A stretch of DNA of 64,000 bases, from assembly GCA_051715345.1 (NCBI GenBank), contig JBPXJQ010000029.1, positions 37,240 to 101,239 of the forward strand. The letters run 5' to 3'. The notes beneath the pieces are model-generated. The model searched no databases. It had not been told where the DNA came from and saw nothing but the letters and a program-made list of their open reading frames with translations. This DNA is from Candidatus Blackallbacteria bacterium (GTDB lineage Bacteria; Cyanobacteriota; Sericytochromatia; UBA7694). A program made the position numbers and the translations under genes. Position 1 is the first letter of the stretch. Every line of letters starts with the position of its first letter. This document shows, piece by piece, positions 45,988 through 56,176 of this stretch.

Positions 45988-47409
45988 TTACCAGTTTTGA
46001 TCGCCAATACAATACAGGTAGCCTCCGGCTGCGACCAAGATATAACCCTGTTTTGAGACAGCAGGTGAGCTAAAAATCGCATCCCCGATGGTAGGATGGA
46101 AATGAGTGGCTCCTCCGCCCGTGGCAATTCCCTCTGGAAACTTGCTTCCAGCCAGCTTTGGTTCGCCCAGATACAGAGCCCAACCGGCTTTGCCTTTCGC
46201 TGCATCAAGGGTATACAGACCCCCATCATGACGGGGAATAATCACCACCGAGCCACTCAGGGCGGGAGAAGCCCATTGCGGAAACATCGGTACACCGACG
46301 GAAGTACTGCCCAGGGCTTTGCCCGTTTCGGCATTCACGGCAATAACCTCGTTTGAATAGGGCTCGGCATAAATCAAAAGGTCATTGTACAAAACGGGTG
46401 AAGTGCGGATATTGCCCCAATTCTGACGCTCGCCATCTGATTCTGCTTTCCAGAGCAACTTGCCCGTGAGCAAATCCAAGCGGATCAAGGCGGGTGTCGG
46501 GTACAAGTTATCGCGGGCAAAGCCAATAATCGCACTGTTTTTATACAAGGTTGCTGAGCCATAGATCTCAATGGGTGTGAGGTATTGTTCGTTGACGTAT
46601 TCGGGATAAAGGCTGAGAATATCTTTTTCCCAGCGGATTTTGCCCTTGAGACTGAGTCCATAGATTTTCCCATGGGTGGTACCAATGACAAGCCGGTCTC
46701 CCTGCAGAGCTGCCCCTGCGCGAATGCTGCCTTCTAGTGCCGTTTTCCAACGGATTTTTCCCGTATTTGCATCCAAGGCAAAAAACAGCCCTTGGGCTGT
46801 GCCAACATAAACCACTTGATTGTGGACCAAGACCTGGAAAGTTTCTGAGCCCAATTCTTGGCGCCATTTTAATTCACCCGTACGGGCATCAAGGGCCCAA
46901 ACAGCGCCTTCGTCGCCCGTGGCAAAGATCTGTCCATTTTCATAGGCCATGCCGCTGGCATCTGCGCGAGCGGGTGCATACCAATTGCGTGCGCCCGTCT
47001 TGAGATCAAAGGCATAAACACCGTCAGTCAGTAGACTGTCACTTTCATTCCCTGCTTCATAATCGGGGATTTGCCAGAGATAGCCTGAGCTGCTGATAAA
47101 AACCTGTCCATCAGCAATCAGAGGTGAATTGAGCCATCCTGCAACACCCACAGCTTGTTTCCAACGAATTGCAGGGTTTTGGATCGTCCGGCTAGACGGG
47201 CCTTGGCCAGTGTGACTGATATTTTGTTGAAACAGAGGCCAGTCCTGAGTAGGGGTGACTGGGTTGGCCTGGGAAGGGTTGACCAGTGCCGTTAAGAGCC
47301 ATCCTGATAGACTCAGAGCCAAAACGAGGGGGGATATTGACAAGATTTTTTTCACAATAACTCCTTTTAAAATCAGCAACATACGTCCATGACAAACGTA
47401 ACGACTCAA
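45988..47409 (-). CDS. PQQ-repeat beta-propeller protein, secreted
   Basis: Repeated ...DG.V..........G...A.D..TG...W... blades (YAFDLKTGARNWY, VWALDARTGELKWRQ, FFALDANTGKIRWK). N-terminal signal-like segment. Confidence 0.6.
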   Translation of the reverse strand: MSRYVCHGRMLLILKGVIVKKILSISPLVLALSLSGWLLTALVNPSQANPVTPTQDWPLFQQNISHTGQGPSSRTIQNPAIRWKQAVGVAGWLNSPLIADGQVFISSSGYLWQIPDYEAGNESDSLLTDGVYAFDLKTGARNWYAPARADASGMAYENGQIFATGDEGAVWALDARTGELKWRQELGSETFQVLVHNQVVYVGTAQGLFFALDANTGKIRWKTALEGSIRAGAALQGDRLVIGTTHGKIYGLSLKGKIRWEKDILSLYPEYVNEQYLTPIEIYGSATLYKNSAIIGFARDNLYPTPALIRLDLLTGKLLWKAESDGERQNWGNIRTSPVLYNDLLIYAEPYSNEVIAVNAETGKALGSTSVGVPMFPQWASPALSGSVVIIPRHDGGLYTLDAAKGKAGWALYLGEPKLAGSKFPEGIATGGGATHFHPTIGDAIFSSPAVSKQGYILVAAGGYLYCIGDQNW

Positions 47410-47583
47410 CTGTTCACAGGCTCATTTTGCCATGAAAACTGTGGGGCTGAGATGATTTCGGCAGCCGGAAAGAAAAAAGAGGCTGGATTTTTAGACTTTA
47501 ATTAGTGTAAAATGTACATATATTCGATCGCTTGGGCTTCCAATTCCGGTATACTTGAAGTTGAATGAAAGGCAGATGGGCAA

Positions 47584-48522
47584 ATGTCAGAGATGTTGGC
47601 TTTAATCAAAGAAAAGGGTGAAGTTCAGCTGCGAACGACCCGTCGGCCCACCTGTGATGCCTCTAATCACGTCCTGATACGCGTTAAGATGGCGGGGATC
47701 TGTCGCACAGATTTGGCTGTGATGCGTTCCCAATTGGCCACCCCCGAGCCCCTGATCGTGGGCCATGAATTTGCAGGGGAAATTGTAGAAATCGGAGATC
47801 AGGTTCACTCTCTTCAAGTGGGAATGTCCGTGACTGCAATGCCGCTCTTGCCCTGCGGTCTCTGTTCGGCCTGTGTGGAAAAACGGACTGAAAGCTGTTA
47901 CTGCGGCAAGATGTTGGGGCTGCATGTTTCAGGGGCTTTTGCTGAATTTGTCTGTCTACCCGCTGAACAGGTCTATGCATTGCCTCAACACTGGCCTACT
48001 GCCTTGAGTTGGGAGACGGCAGCCTTCAGCGAACCCGTTGCCGCCGCTGCTGCCATTCTCAAAGCGGATATTCACCCCAAGCTGCAGGGCGCAATTGTGG
48101 GACAGGGCCGAATTGCCGAATTGAGCTTGCGGCTCTTAAACAGTCAGGGTTTTGAACGGATCGAAATGTATGCCCAACCCCAAGATTTACCCAGCAATGG
48201 CTTTGATTGGTTGATCGAAACAGGGCTCCGTGCCGCATGTGTCAATCCCCTGCTCACAGCCTTGCGTCCGAGGGGCCTGCTTTTGCTCAAATCGCGGCAT
48301 TTGCCCACTTTGCAATTTGATCCCCAACTTTTGATTTGCAAAGAAATCCGATTACAAGGCGTCTATTATGCGGCTTTTCCTTGGGTGTTGAAGTGGTTGG
48401 CTGAAAACGCAGAGCGCGTACAGGATTTATTTGGTCCGGTATATCCTGCTCAGTCCTGGCAAAGCGCTTTAGAAGCCGCTGAATCGGGGGAATCACTCAA
48501 AATCTTTTTAAGTTGGCCCTAG
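47584..48522 (+). CDS. Zn-dependent medium-chain dehydrogenase, threonine-dehydrogenase/ADH-like
   Basis: GICRTDLAVM...GHEFAGEIVEIGDQV catalytic-zinc signature. First gene of the coupled five-gene operon. Confidence 0.7.
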   Translation: MSEMLALIKEKGEVQLRTTRRPTCDASNHVLIRVKMAGICRTDLAVMRSQLATPEPLIVGHEFAGEIVEIGDQVHSLQVGMSVTAMPLLPCGLCSACVEKRTESCYCGKMLGLHVSGAFAEFVCLPAEQVYALPQHWPTALSWETAAFSEPVAAAAAILKADIHPKLQGAIVGQGRIAELSLRLLNSQGFERIEMYAQPQDLPSNGFDWLIETGLRAACVNPLLTALRPRGLLLLKSRHLPTLQFDPQLLICKEIRLQGVYYAAFPWVLKWLAENAERVQDLFGPVYPAQSWQSALEAAESGESLKIFLSWP

Positions 48523-48524
48523 CG

Positions 48525-50399
48525 ATGTGTGGGGTAATTGCCGTGATCGGCAACGAAACCATTTCGATCAACCAACTTGCAGCAGGCGTCGATGCCTTGG
48601 CCAGCCGTGGACCCGATGGTAAGGGCCTGTGGCGTTCAGAGAATCAACGTGTGGGTTTGGGCCATGCCCGACTTGCCACCCGCGATCTGTCAGGCGGGCA
48701 GCAGCCCCTGCATTGTTCCCAACGCCAATTGAGTGGGGTTTTTAACGGTGAATTTTATGGGGTAGAGCCCTTGCGCGCAGACTTGGTAAAAAAGAGGTAT
48801 CATTTTTTTACCAATTCAGACAGTGAAGTTGCGCTTTATCTCTATGCAGAATACGGTTTGGATTGCCTGCGTTTTTTGCGCGGAGAATTTGCAATGATTC
48901 TCTGGGATGACCAAAAACAGGAATTGATCGCACTGCGCGATCGCTTTGGCATCAAACCGCTGTTTTTTTCCAGGCAAGCAGATACTTTGCTCTTGGCTTC
49001 TAAGGCTTCTGCCCTCTGGGCGATGGGCGTTTCACCCGCTTGGGATCTGAATGGCCTGGCCCAAATTTGCAGTTTTCAATACCCTTTGCCTGAACAATCG
49101 CTTTTTGCAAATATTCAGACTTTGCCACCGGGCCACGGTTTGCGTTGGCGTTCAGGTCAACTTGAGTTGTTTTGTTATTGGGATCTGGACTATCCCGAGG
49201 CCAAAGACCTTCGGCCCGAGTCAGAATCCCGTTTGATTCCCGAATTACAATCTGCAATCCAGACTGCGGTTGAACTGCGCAGAGTGGCAGACCTGCCCAT
49301 TTGCTCATATCTCAGTGCGGGCCTGGACTCCAGTTTGATCACTTCTTTGCTCAATCAAGTGGCACCGTCTCCTGCTTTTTGTGTGGGTTTTCCTGGTTGG
49401 GAGGGCGACGAAGGTCCTTTGGCTCAAATCACGGCAGATGCCTTGGGGATTCAGTTACATACCCTGCAACTCGATTTTTCCACGCTTCAGCAGGCCCTGC
49501 TTGAGACCATTCGCGTGACCGAAGGACCCTGTATCAACCCCCATGTGGTTGCCCGCCGTTTGCTTTGTCAAAAGATCCGTGCGGCGGGATTCAAAGTCGT
49601 CTTAACAGGGGAAGGGGCAGATGAACTTTTTGGTGGCTACGCCCATCTGCTCGAAGATCTGTATCCCGGTGGGGATCGCCACGCAGGCTTGGTGGGCATG
49701 CATTTGCCTTTGGGGTCGGAGCCAGACCTCTCACTTTTAGAGCGCGAATGGGGACACATTCCCACCTTTATTCAGGCCAAAGCGTCACTGTGTCTACGCT
49801 TGCGCAGTTTGCTCAATCCCGATTTTCGCTCGGCATTTCCTTTCCCAGAGATGCAAATGCGGCTCTTGGCCGCTTTTCCTTCACAGGTACTGGAGGGGCG
49901 TCATCCACTTCACCGTTCGCTCTATCTCTGGAACAAGCTGGGTTTGGCTGGGTATATCTTGCCCACCGTCGGAGATGGGGCTGAAATGGCAGAAGGCCTG
50001 GAAGGGCGTTTGCCTTTTCTTGATCATCTGCTTTTTGAACGGGTGCGAGGCTTGCCCCCAGAACAGCTGATGGCCCCTGGCCTGGAAAAAGCCCTGTTAC
50101 GCAAATTGGCCCAACCCTGGCTGCCACAATCTGTATTAAATCGCCCCAAAGCACCTTTTTTGGCGCCCTCACTTTTGTCCCACAGATTGCAGGCTGAACC
50201 TGAATCCCACCCAACCACGCAAGCGGCTTTTTTTCCAGAGCCCTTGCCGGATTTTGTCGATCGCTCCGCTTTGGCTCAACGTTTACGTTGGTTGGCTTAC
50301 GCTCCGTCAGAAGAACATCAGAGCTGGGAGCCCCCCTTGCTGCTCTTGTCCTCGCTGTGTCAAATGCATCAACTTTTTTTCTCAAACAAGGAGTTATAA
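48525..50399 (+). CDS. Asparagine-synthetase-B-family glutamine-dependent amidotransferase
   Basis: N-terminal MCGV (Cys nucleophile). Class II GATase residues HARLATRD, NGEFYG, SDSEV, GEFAMILWD. PP-loop SYLSAGLDSS. 628 aa, longer than AsnB. Confidence 0.75.
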   Translation: MCGVIAVIGNETISINQLAAGVDALASRGPDGKGLWRSENQRVGLGHARLATRDLSGGQQPLHCSQRQLSGVFNGEFYGVEPLRADLVKKRYHFFTNSDSEVALYLYAEYGLDCLRFLRGEFAMILWDDQKQELIALRDRFGIKPLFFSRQADTLLLASKASALWAMGVSPAWDLNGLAQICSFQYPLPEQSLFANIQTLPPGHGLRWRSGQLELFCYWDLDYPEAKDLRPESESRLIPELQSAIQTAVELRRVADLPICSYLSAGLDSSLITSLLNQVAPSPAFCVGFPGWEGDEGPLAQITADALGIQLHTLQLDFSTLQQALLETIRVTEGPCINPHVVARRLLCQKIRAAGFKVVLTGEGADELFGGYAHLLEDLYPGGDRHAGLVGMHLPLGSEPDLSLLEREWGHIPTFIQAKASLCLRLRSLLNPDFRSAFPFPEMQMRLLAAFPSQVLEGRHPLHRSLYLWNKLGLAGYILPTVGDGAEMAEGLEGRLPFLDHLLFERVRGLPPEQLMAPGLEKALLRKLAQPWLPQSVLNRPKAPFLAPSLLSHRLQAEPESHPTTQAAFFPEPLPDFVDRSALAQRLRWLAYAPSEEHQSWEPPLLLLSSLCQMHQLFFSNKEL

Positions 50400-51170
50400 A
50401 TGAGCCAAGCCACTCCCTGGTGGGAGACCTTTTACTCCCATCACTATGCCGAAGCGATGTTTCAATTGGATCGCGATTATCTCAACGCTGCCTGTGAATT
50501 CATTCTCGATAAACTGCAATTGCAGTCAGGACAAACGGTCTTGGATCAGTGTTGTGGGATCGGCAATATCAGCCTTTTGCTGGGCGAAAGGGGCCTTTCT
50601 GTGACAGGCATCGAGCAAAGCCTGAGCTATGTGCGACAGGCCCAAGAGCGCGCCCGCTTGGGAGATTTGGACCAATGCCAATTTATCGCAGCAGATGCTT
50701 TCAGCTATGTCTCGCCCGCCCCACTGGATGCCGCTTTTAATTGGCACACCAGTTTTGGCTATACCTCAGATGACCGCCAAAACAGGCGCATGTTGGAAAT
50801 GGCCTATGCTTCGCTCAAACCCGGAGGTTATTTTCTCTTGGATTATCTGAACCTGCCCTATGTTTTCAAACATTTCCGCGCTACCATGATTACCTATCAT
50901 CAGACCCAAGAAGGAGATGTAGAGGTGATTCGGGAATCCAGCCCCGATCTGGTCTCTGGGATGTTGAACCAACTTTGGACCTTCGTCTATCCTAATGCAG
51001 AGCGTCGTCTGGTACAACAGACGGGTACACGCATGTATTTGCCCTATCAATTGGGGGAGCTGCTCAAGCAAAGTGGTTTTGAGCTGATTGACTATTTTGG
51101 TAGTTTAGCGGGTGACCCCCTCTCAATTGACACTTCCCGCTGTATTTGCTTGGCCCGGCGGCCTGTGTGA
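50400..51170 (+). CDS. Class I SAM-dependent methyltransferase
   Basis: Motif I VLDQCCGIGNISL. Starts immediately after the AsnB-like stop. Confidence 0.7.
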   Translation: MSQATPWWETFYSHHYAEAMFQLDRDYLNAACEFILDKLQLQSGQTVLDQCCGIGNISLLLGERGLSVTGIEQSLSYVRQAQERARLGDLDQCQFIAADAFSYVSPAPLDAAFNWHTSFGYTSDDRQNRRMLEMAYASLKPGGYFLLDYLNLPYVFKHFRATMITYHQTQEGDVEVIRESSPDLVSGMLNQLWTFVYPNAERRLVQQTGTRMYLPYQLGELLKQSGFELIDYFGSLAGDPLSIDTSRCICLARRPV

Positions 51171-52021
51171 GCGCATTGCTGAAAGCGAACTTACCCCCAA
51201 GCCACGGTTCGATTCTGTTGCAGCCGGAAGCCTTTTACCGGGGTGAACTGGCCTTACTTACGGCCACATCCGCGACTGTGAAATTGGTTCAGGGGCTTCA
51301 CCAGCGACTCCACCAAGCCCTTCTTCCAGCCCCTACTTTTGCCACGGCTCATCACATTTTAGCCAGTGAGCTCTTGCGCCACCGTCTCCATCATTTGCGC
51401 AGGCAACTTTACACAGATAAGGCTGTTTTAAAGACTTTGGCTGCAATTGTATCTGAATTGGTTGAGGAACTGAGTTGGCCTGAGTTGCCTGCTGTGGATT
51501 TGCCCCGCCTTCGGGCAATCGTCCCGCAGATGCATCAAATACCGGCCGCTGCAGACGCCTTTTCGGCCCACCGCGATACCTGGTATGCCAATCCTGCAGC
51601 CCAGATCAACCTATGGATTCCCTTGGGGGATTATTCTTCCTCCCAGACTTTTGTCTTTTATCCAGCCTGCTTTTCTCGCCCTGTTGAAAATAATTCTGAG
51701 AGCTTTGACTACGAACAGTGGCAGGCCACCGTCGGTTGGCAAAGCTTGCAAAAACCTGAGTCAGCCATTTATCCCCAGGCCTTGGATGTGCCAATTGTGG
51801 AGCCGCTGGGATTTGCCTGTGAAGCTGGACAGCGGCTTTTGTTTTCGGGCTCACACCTGCATCAGCCTTTGCCAAATAACAGCAACCAAATTCGCTTTAG
51901 CCTCGATATGCGTTTGGTGTGTCGGCGCGATTTTGCCGAACAGCGCGGTGCTCCTCAAATAGATAATCGCTCCAAAGGCAGTACCTGGCCTGAATTTGTT
52001 CCACTGGAGGCTTGGCAATGA
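51146..52021 (+). CDS. PhyH-family Fe(II)/2-oxoglutarate dioxygenase-like protein
   Basis: AHRDTWY (HxD) ... NLWIPLGD ... GSHLHQ pattern typical of the phytanoyl-CoA-dioxygenase family. TTG start overlaps the methyltransferase end. The stop overlaps the next ATG (ATGA). Confidence 0.5.
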   Translation: MLGPAACVSALLKANLPPSHGSILLQPEAFYRGELALLTATSATVKLVQGLHQRLHQALLPAPTFATAHHILASELLRHRLHHLRRQLYTDKAVLKTLAAIVSELVEELSWPELPAVDLPRLRAIVPQMHQIPAAADAFSAHRDTWYANPAAQINLWIPLGDYSSSQTFVFYPACFSRPVENNSESFDYEQWQATVGWQSLQKPESAIYPQALDVPIVEPLGFACEAGQRLLFSGSHLHQPLPNNSNQIRFSLDMRLVCRRDFAEQRGAPQIDNRSKGSTWPEFVPLEAWQ

Positions 52022-54933
52022 GTGAACATTTCCGCTCTTTTGTAGACGCCCTCTCTCAGGTTGTTTTGCGTCAGCCGGAGGCCCCGGCTTTTGTCAGTGC
52101 AGAAAGCGCTTTGAGTTATGTCCAGCTCTGGGAAGAATCTGGACGGGTAGCTGCTTTTTTGGGCTCAACAGGGCTGCAACCTGGCGAGCGGGTGGGCATT
52201 TGTTTGCCCAGATCTGTGGCCTGGATTATTGCCTTGATTGGCGCATGGCGAGCAGGCATGGTGATCACGCCACTCGATCCCTTGGCTCCTGCTGAGCGTT
52301 TGGAGTGGCAACTCAAACACGCCACCCTGGCCACGGTCTTGGGGCAAGGTTCACCACCGGCGGGAATTCCACTTTCAAGCTGGCTCGATTTGGCCCTGGC
52401 ATGTGATGCTGAACCACTGAAAGATAGCCATTTGTTGCAAGAGGGCGACCCAGCCTATTTGATCTTTACCTCGGGTTCAACGGGCCTTCCCAAAGGGGTT
52501 TTACTGCCCCACCGGGGCCTCTTGCCGGTTTTAGAGGCCCAAATAGCGGCCTTTGGTTTGGGGCCAGGCTGTCGCAGTCTCTGGCTGCTTTCGCCGCTCT
52601 TTGATGCTTCGCTTTCCGATTTGGGGACCACCCTCTTGGCAGGTGCCACCCTTTATATGGACACTGGCCTGGAAAGAGATCTTGACCGCTTTAAACAAGC
52701 CCTCGCAAAATGGCAGATCACCCATCTCGATTTACCACCTTCGTTATTGCCTCTGCTCAATCCCTCCGATTTTCCCAGCTCTTTTCAGACCTTGATTCTC
52801 GGGGGGGAACCCAGTGACCCCGCCCGTCTGCGCATCTGGGCTGAAAATTTCAAGCTAATCAATGTCTATGGCCCCACCGAAACAACCATCTGTGCCTCCC
52901 TGTGTGTGGTTGATCAGAACTGGCAAGTGCCTTTGTTGGGGCAGCCTTTGCCAGGCTTTGGCTTTGCTGTTTTACAGCCCGATCAAACCCCTGTGGATCA
53001 AGGCCAAGATGGAGAATTGTGGATCAGTGGTCCCGGTTTGGCATTGGGATACGTCAATGCTTCACGCTTGACCCGCGAACGCTTCCGTGAGTTAAATGGG
53101 GTGCGTTTTTACCGCAGTGGCGATCGGGTTCAGCTTTTGCCAGGGGGGGAATTTGCTTTTCGGGGCCGACTCGATCGCCAACTCAAATGGCATGGCCAGC
53201 GCCTGGAGCCCGAAGAAATTGAAGCTGTGCTTCTGCAAGTGCCGGGTTTGACCCGTGTAGCCGTGTTTTTACACATCCAAGCCGGACAAGATGACGGCGT
53301 TTTAAGTGTTGCCTTTCAAACCCAAATGCCTGAATGTGTTGAGCAGGGCTTTTTGCAGACAACTTTAAAAGCCTGCTTGCCAGAATGGATGTTGCCTGTG
53401 CGCTGGTTTCAACCCGTCGAATGGCCACTCACAGCGACGGGCAAAACAGATTATGAAGCCTTGCAACACTTAGCGTTTGAAACGGATCTCACTTCTGAGC
53501 CCATAGAATCTCCCGAAGAGGCCCTGTTTCTCAGCCTTTGGCGTGAAATTTTGCATCGCCCGGCTCTCAGTGCCAGCGAAGCTTTGGGTGCACATTCATT
53601 GCAAAAATTGGAGTTTTTGGCCCGCTGCAGTTTACAAGGTTTGCATCTCAATCCCGAACGCCTGAGTACCTGTGATTCGGTCCGACAGATTGTACAGATT
53701 CAACACCAAACAGAAGTCAGTGGTTTGCCCGTTGAACATTTATTGCCCGACACCCAGCTCAGCCCTTCCTGGCGACGTTTTTTAGCCCAATCTCAGACCC
53801 ATGCCGTTAAAGGCAAAGGGGAGCCTCTATTAACTGGTGCCACTGGATTTCTGGGCCGCTGGCTTTTGCGCAGCTTGCTCGAAGAGGGCAAAGGCCCCGT
53901 TCACTGCTTGGTGCGGGCCCGCAATGTCGAAGAAGGTTTGGAACGGCTTTTACAGGCCCTAAAGAGCACTGGGCCTTGCAAAAATGACTGGGCGAAACGG
54001 ATTGTTCCCTGGTGTGGTGACCTTGAAGCTGAACAGTGGGGATTGCCAAATAGTTCTTGGAAACGTCTGGCATTGGCATTGGATCGGATCATTCACAGTG
54101 GGGCTCGCGTGCACCTCAGCGAGCCTTATGAGCGCCTCAAGGACCCCAATCTTAAAGGCACTCAGACGGCGCTTAAATTACAGGCTTCAGGCCGCAGCAA
54201 AGCCTTACATTATGTTTCGACCCTCTCGGTTTTTGTTGGCAGTGATCGCAATCAAGGTGTGGCTTATGAAGACGACGATCTCTCTCAGACCCGATATCTG
54301 TTTGGGGGTTATGCCCAAAGTAAGTGGGCGGCAGAGGCTTGGCTGCGCCAAAGTGGGGGCCAAGCGGGACCGCTGCAGATCTACCGCTTGGGCTTGATTA
54401 CTGGCGACACGCAGATTGGCTGGTTTCCTGAAAAAGATTGGTTTCAATGGTTGACACAGGGATTGGTCAATTTGGGTGGCATACCCCAAGACATCGACCC
54501 TGCCTGGGCCCTGGATTTAACTCCTGTGGACTATGCTGCTCGGGCCCTGTTGGCGCTTGCCAAAAAGCCTTTGCCGGGTCTTCATACCTATCATCTTGCC
54601 AATCCCAAACCACTCCTACTGGGGCAGTGGCTCACAGCTTTACAGGCCTTTGGCGTGCGTTTAGAGCGCCTGCCCCGTGCTGAGTGGCATTTGCGTATGC
54701 AGGCAGCCTTGCAAAGCTGTACAGGCCCTGAAAGTGCATCTGCACTCTTGGCCCTTTGTCGCCTGATGGGTGAAGAACAATACAAACATTTGCGCAGTCT
54801 TGATCTTTTTCAAACCACGGGCATTCGCTTTGATACCCAAAACGCGGATACTCTCTTACACCCGCAGGGACATTTTTGCCCAGCACCTGAACCTGAATTA
54901 CTTCAGCGCTACCTCATTCAGATGCTGAATTAG
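52018..54933 (+). CDS. NRPS-like carboxylic-acid reductase: adenylation, peptidyl-carrier and terminal thioester-reductase domains (A-T-R)
   Basis: A-domain motifs LIFTSGSTGLPKGV (A3), FDAS (A4, Asp present), NVYGPTETT (A5), YRSGDRV (A7), GRLDRQLKWHGQRLEPEEIE (A8), ATGKTD (A10). Carrier LGAHSL. R-domain TGATGFLGRWLL and YAQSK. RBS GGAGG before ATG 52018. Confidence 0.75.
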   Translation: MSEHFRSFVDALSQVVLRQPEAPAFVSAESALSYVQLWEESGRVAAFLGSTGLQPGERVGICLPRSVAWIIALIGAWRAGMVITPLDPLAPAERLEWQLKHATLATVLGQGSPPAGIPLSSWLDLALACDAEPLKDSHLLQEGDPAYLIFTSGSTGLPKGVLLPHRGLLPVLEAQIAAFGLGPGCRSLWLLSPLFDASLSDLGTTLLAGATLYMDTGLERDLDRFKQALAKWQITHLDLPPSLLPLLNPSDFPSSFQTLILGGEPSDPARLRIWAENFKLINVYGPTETTICASLCVVDQNWQVPLLGQPLPGFGFAVLQPDQTPVDQGQDGELWISGPGLALGYVNASRLTRERFRELNGVRFYRSGDRVQLLPGGEFAFRGRLDRQLKWHGQRLEPEEIEAVLLQVPGLTRVAVFLHIQAGQDDGVLSVAFQTQMPECVEQGFLQTTLKACLPEWMLPVRWFQPVEWPLTATGKTDYEALQHLAFETDLTSEPIESPEEALFLSLWREILHRPALSASEALGAHSLQKLEFLARCSLQGLHLNPERLSTCDSVRQIVQIQHQTEVSGLPVEHLLPDTQLSPSWRRFLAQSQTHAVKGKGEPLLTGATGFLGRWLLRSLLEEGKGPVHCLVRARNVEEGLERLLQALKSTGPCKNDWAKRIVPWCGDLEAEQWGLPNSSWKRLALALDRIIHSGARVHLSEPYERLKDPNLKGTQTALKLQASGRSKALHYVSTLSVFVGSDRNQGVAYEDDDLSQTRYLFGGYAQSKWAAEAWLRQSGGQAGPLQIYRLGLITGDTQIGWFPEKDWFQWLTQGLVNLGGIPQDIDPAWALDLTPVDYAARALLALAKKPLPGLHTYHLANPKPLLLGQWLTALQAFGVRLERLPRAEWHLRMQAALQSCTGPESASALLALCRLMGEEQYKHLRSLDLFQTTGIRFDTQNADTLLHPQGHFCPAPEPELLQRYLIQMLN

Positions 54934-56150
54934 TCCTCAAAAATCTGGATTTGGTTGCGGCCCCGATCTTTGGCCTGATACAGGGCTTTATCCGCCGCAT
55001 TAAGCAATTGTTCTTTGGTTTTCTCGGCCCGTGGGATTCCCACTGCCAGGCCCAGACTCAGGGCGACATATTTGTGTTCGGGAGACTCTGGATGAGGCAA
55101 GGCCAATTGGTGGACCGCTTCGGCCATGGCCTGGGCCACTTTATAGGCCCCTTGCAAAGGGGTTTCCGGCAACAGCACAACAAACTCCTCTCCACCGTAC
55201 CGGGCCAAGAGATCACCAGGCCGTTTAATGACTTTTCTCAGGGCCTGGGTGACCTGAATCAGACAGTCATCGCCTTGCAAATGACCAAAGTGATCGTTGT
55301 AATATTTAAAATAATCCAAATCACAAAGAATCAAGGCCAGGGGTGTGCCATTGCGCAAACAGCGTTGCCATTCTTTTTGTAAGATTTGGTCAAAGAAGCG
55401 GCGATTGGCAATTTCGGTTAAGCCATCCATTTGGGCCTGTTGGGCCAACTTGATTTCTAAATTTTTGCGCTCAGTGGTATCGCGAAAGGTCACAGCCAGG
55501 CCATCGTCGAGTTTGACCGCGCTCAGATGCAGCCAGATCTGTTTCTGCTCTAAAAACAGCTCTTTATCGAGAACTTGCCCCTTTTCGACAACTGTCACAA
55601 AGTCTTCAAACAGGCCCTCTGCTTGAATTTTTGGATTTTTGCCAAATTGTTTTTCTGCTGAGGCGTTGAGCAAAACCCATTTAAACTCTATAATTTGGCC
55701 ATTTTCGTCACGCAGGGCTTCACAGGCGGCAATTCCATCTTGGGAACTATTGAGAATACTCTCCAATTGCCTGCGCTGTTTGAGGATCGTCAATTGACTT
55801 TCGATCCGGGCCAAGACCTCGGCCTCTTGAAAGGGCTTGGTGATATAATCCACGGCCCCGGCTTTCAGGGCCTTAACTTTTTCTTCGGTGTCCTGCATCG
55901 CACTGATAAACAAAACCGGAATTTGTTTTAAATGATCATTCTTTTTTAAAGCCGAACAGACTTCGTAGCCATCCATTTCTGGCATGCGAATATCCAGCAG
56001 AATCAAATCGGGTTTTTCTTTTTCAATCGCACTCAGGGCCTGTTTTCCTGAGGTGAAGGGACGCACCACATAGCCCTGATCTTTGAGAATATTGATCAGC
56101 AGATGCAAATTATGGGGGTTGTCGTCAATCAGGACAATGTCTTCAGCCAT
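54930..56150 (-). CDS. Response regulator with receiver, PAS and GGDEF (diguanylate cyclase) domains
   Basis: Receiver IVLIDDNPHN...LLDIRMP. GGDEF active site RYGGEEFVVLL. Stop overlaps the convergent A-T-R stop. Confidence 0.75.
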   Translation of the reverse strand: MAEDIVLIDDNPHNLHLLINILKDQGYVVRPFTSGKQALSAIEKEKPDLILLDIRMPEMDGYEVCSALKKNDHLKQIPVLFISAMQDTEEKVKALKAGAVDYITKPFQEAEVLARIESQLTILKQRRQLESILNSSQDGIAACEALRDENGQIIEFKWVLLNASAEKQFGKNPKIQAEGLFEDFVTVVEKGQVLDKELFLEQKQIWLHLSAVKLDDGLAVTFRDTTERKNLEIKLAQQAQMDGLTEIANRRFFDQILQKEWQRCLRNGTPLALILCDLDYFKYYNDHFGHLQGDDCLIQVTQALRKVIKRPGDLLARYGGEEFVVLLPETPLQGAYKVAQAMAEAVHQLALPHPESPEHKYVALSLGLAVGIPRAEKTKEQLLNAADKALYQAKDRGRNQIQIFED

Positions 56151-56176
56151 AGGATTTCCTGTATTTCAATACCCAT

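Noticed and set aside
48941-48948. GCGATCGC (HIP1) octamer, considered as a cyanobacterial signature
   Set aside because: A single occurrence in 64 kb is not enrichment. No taxonomic inference is made.
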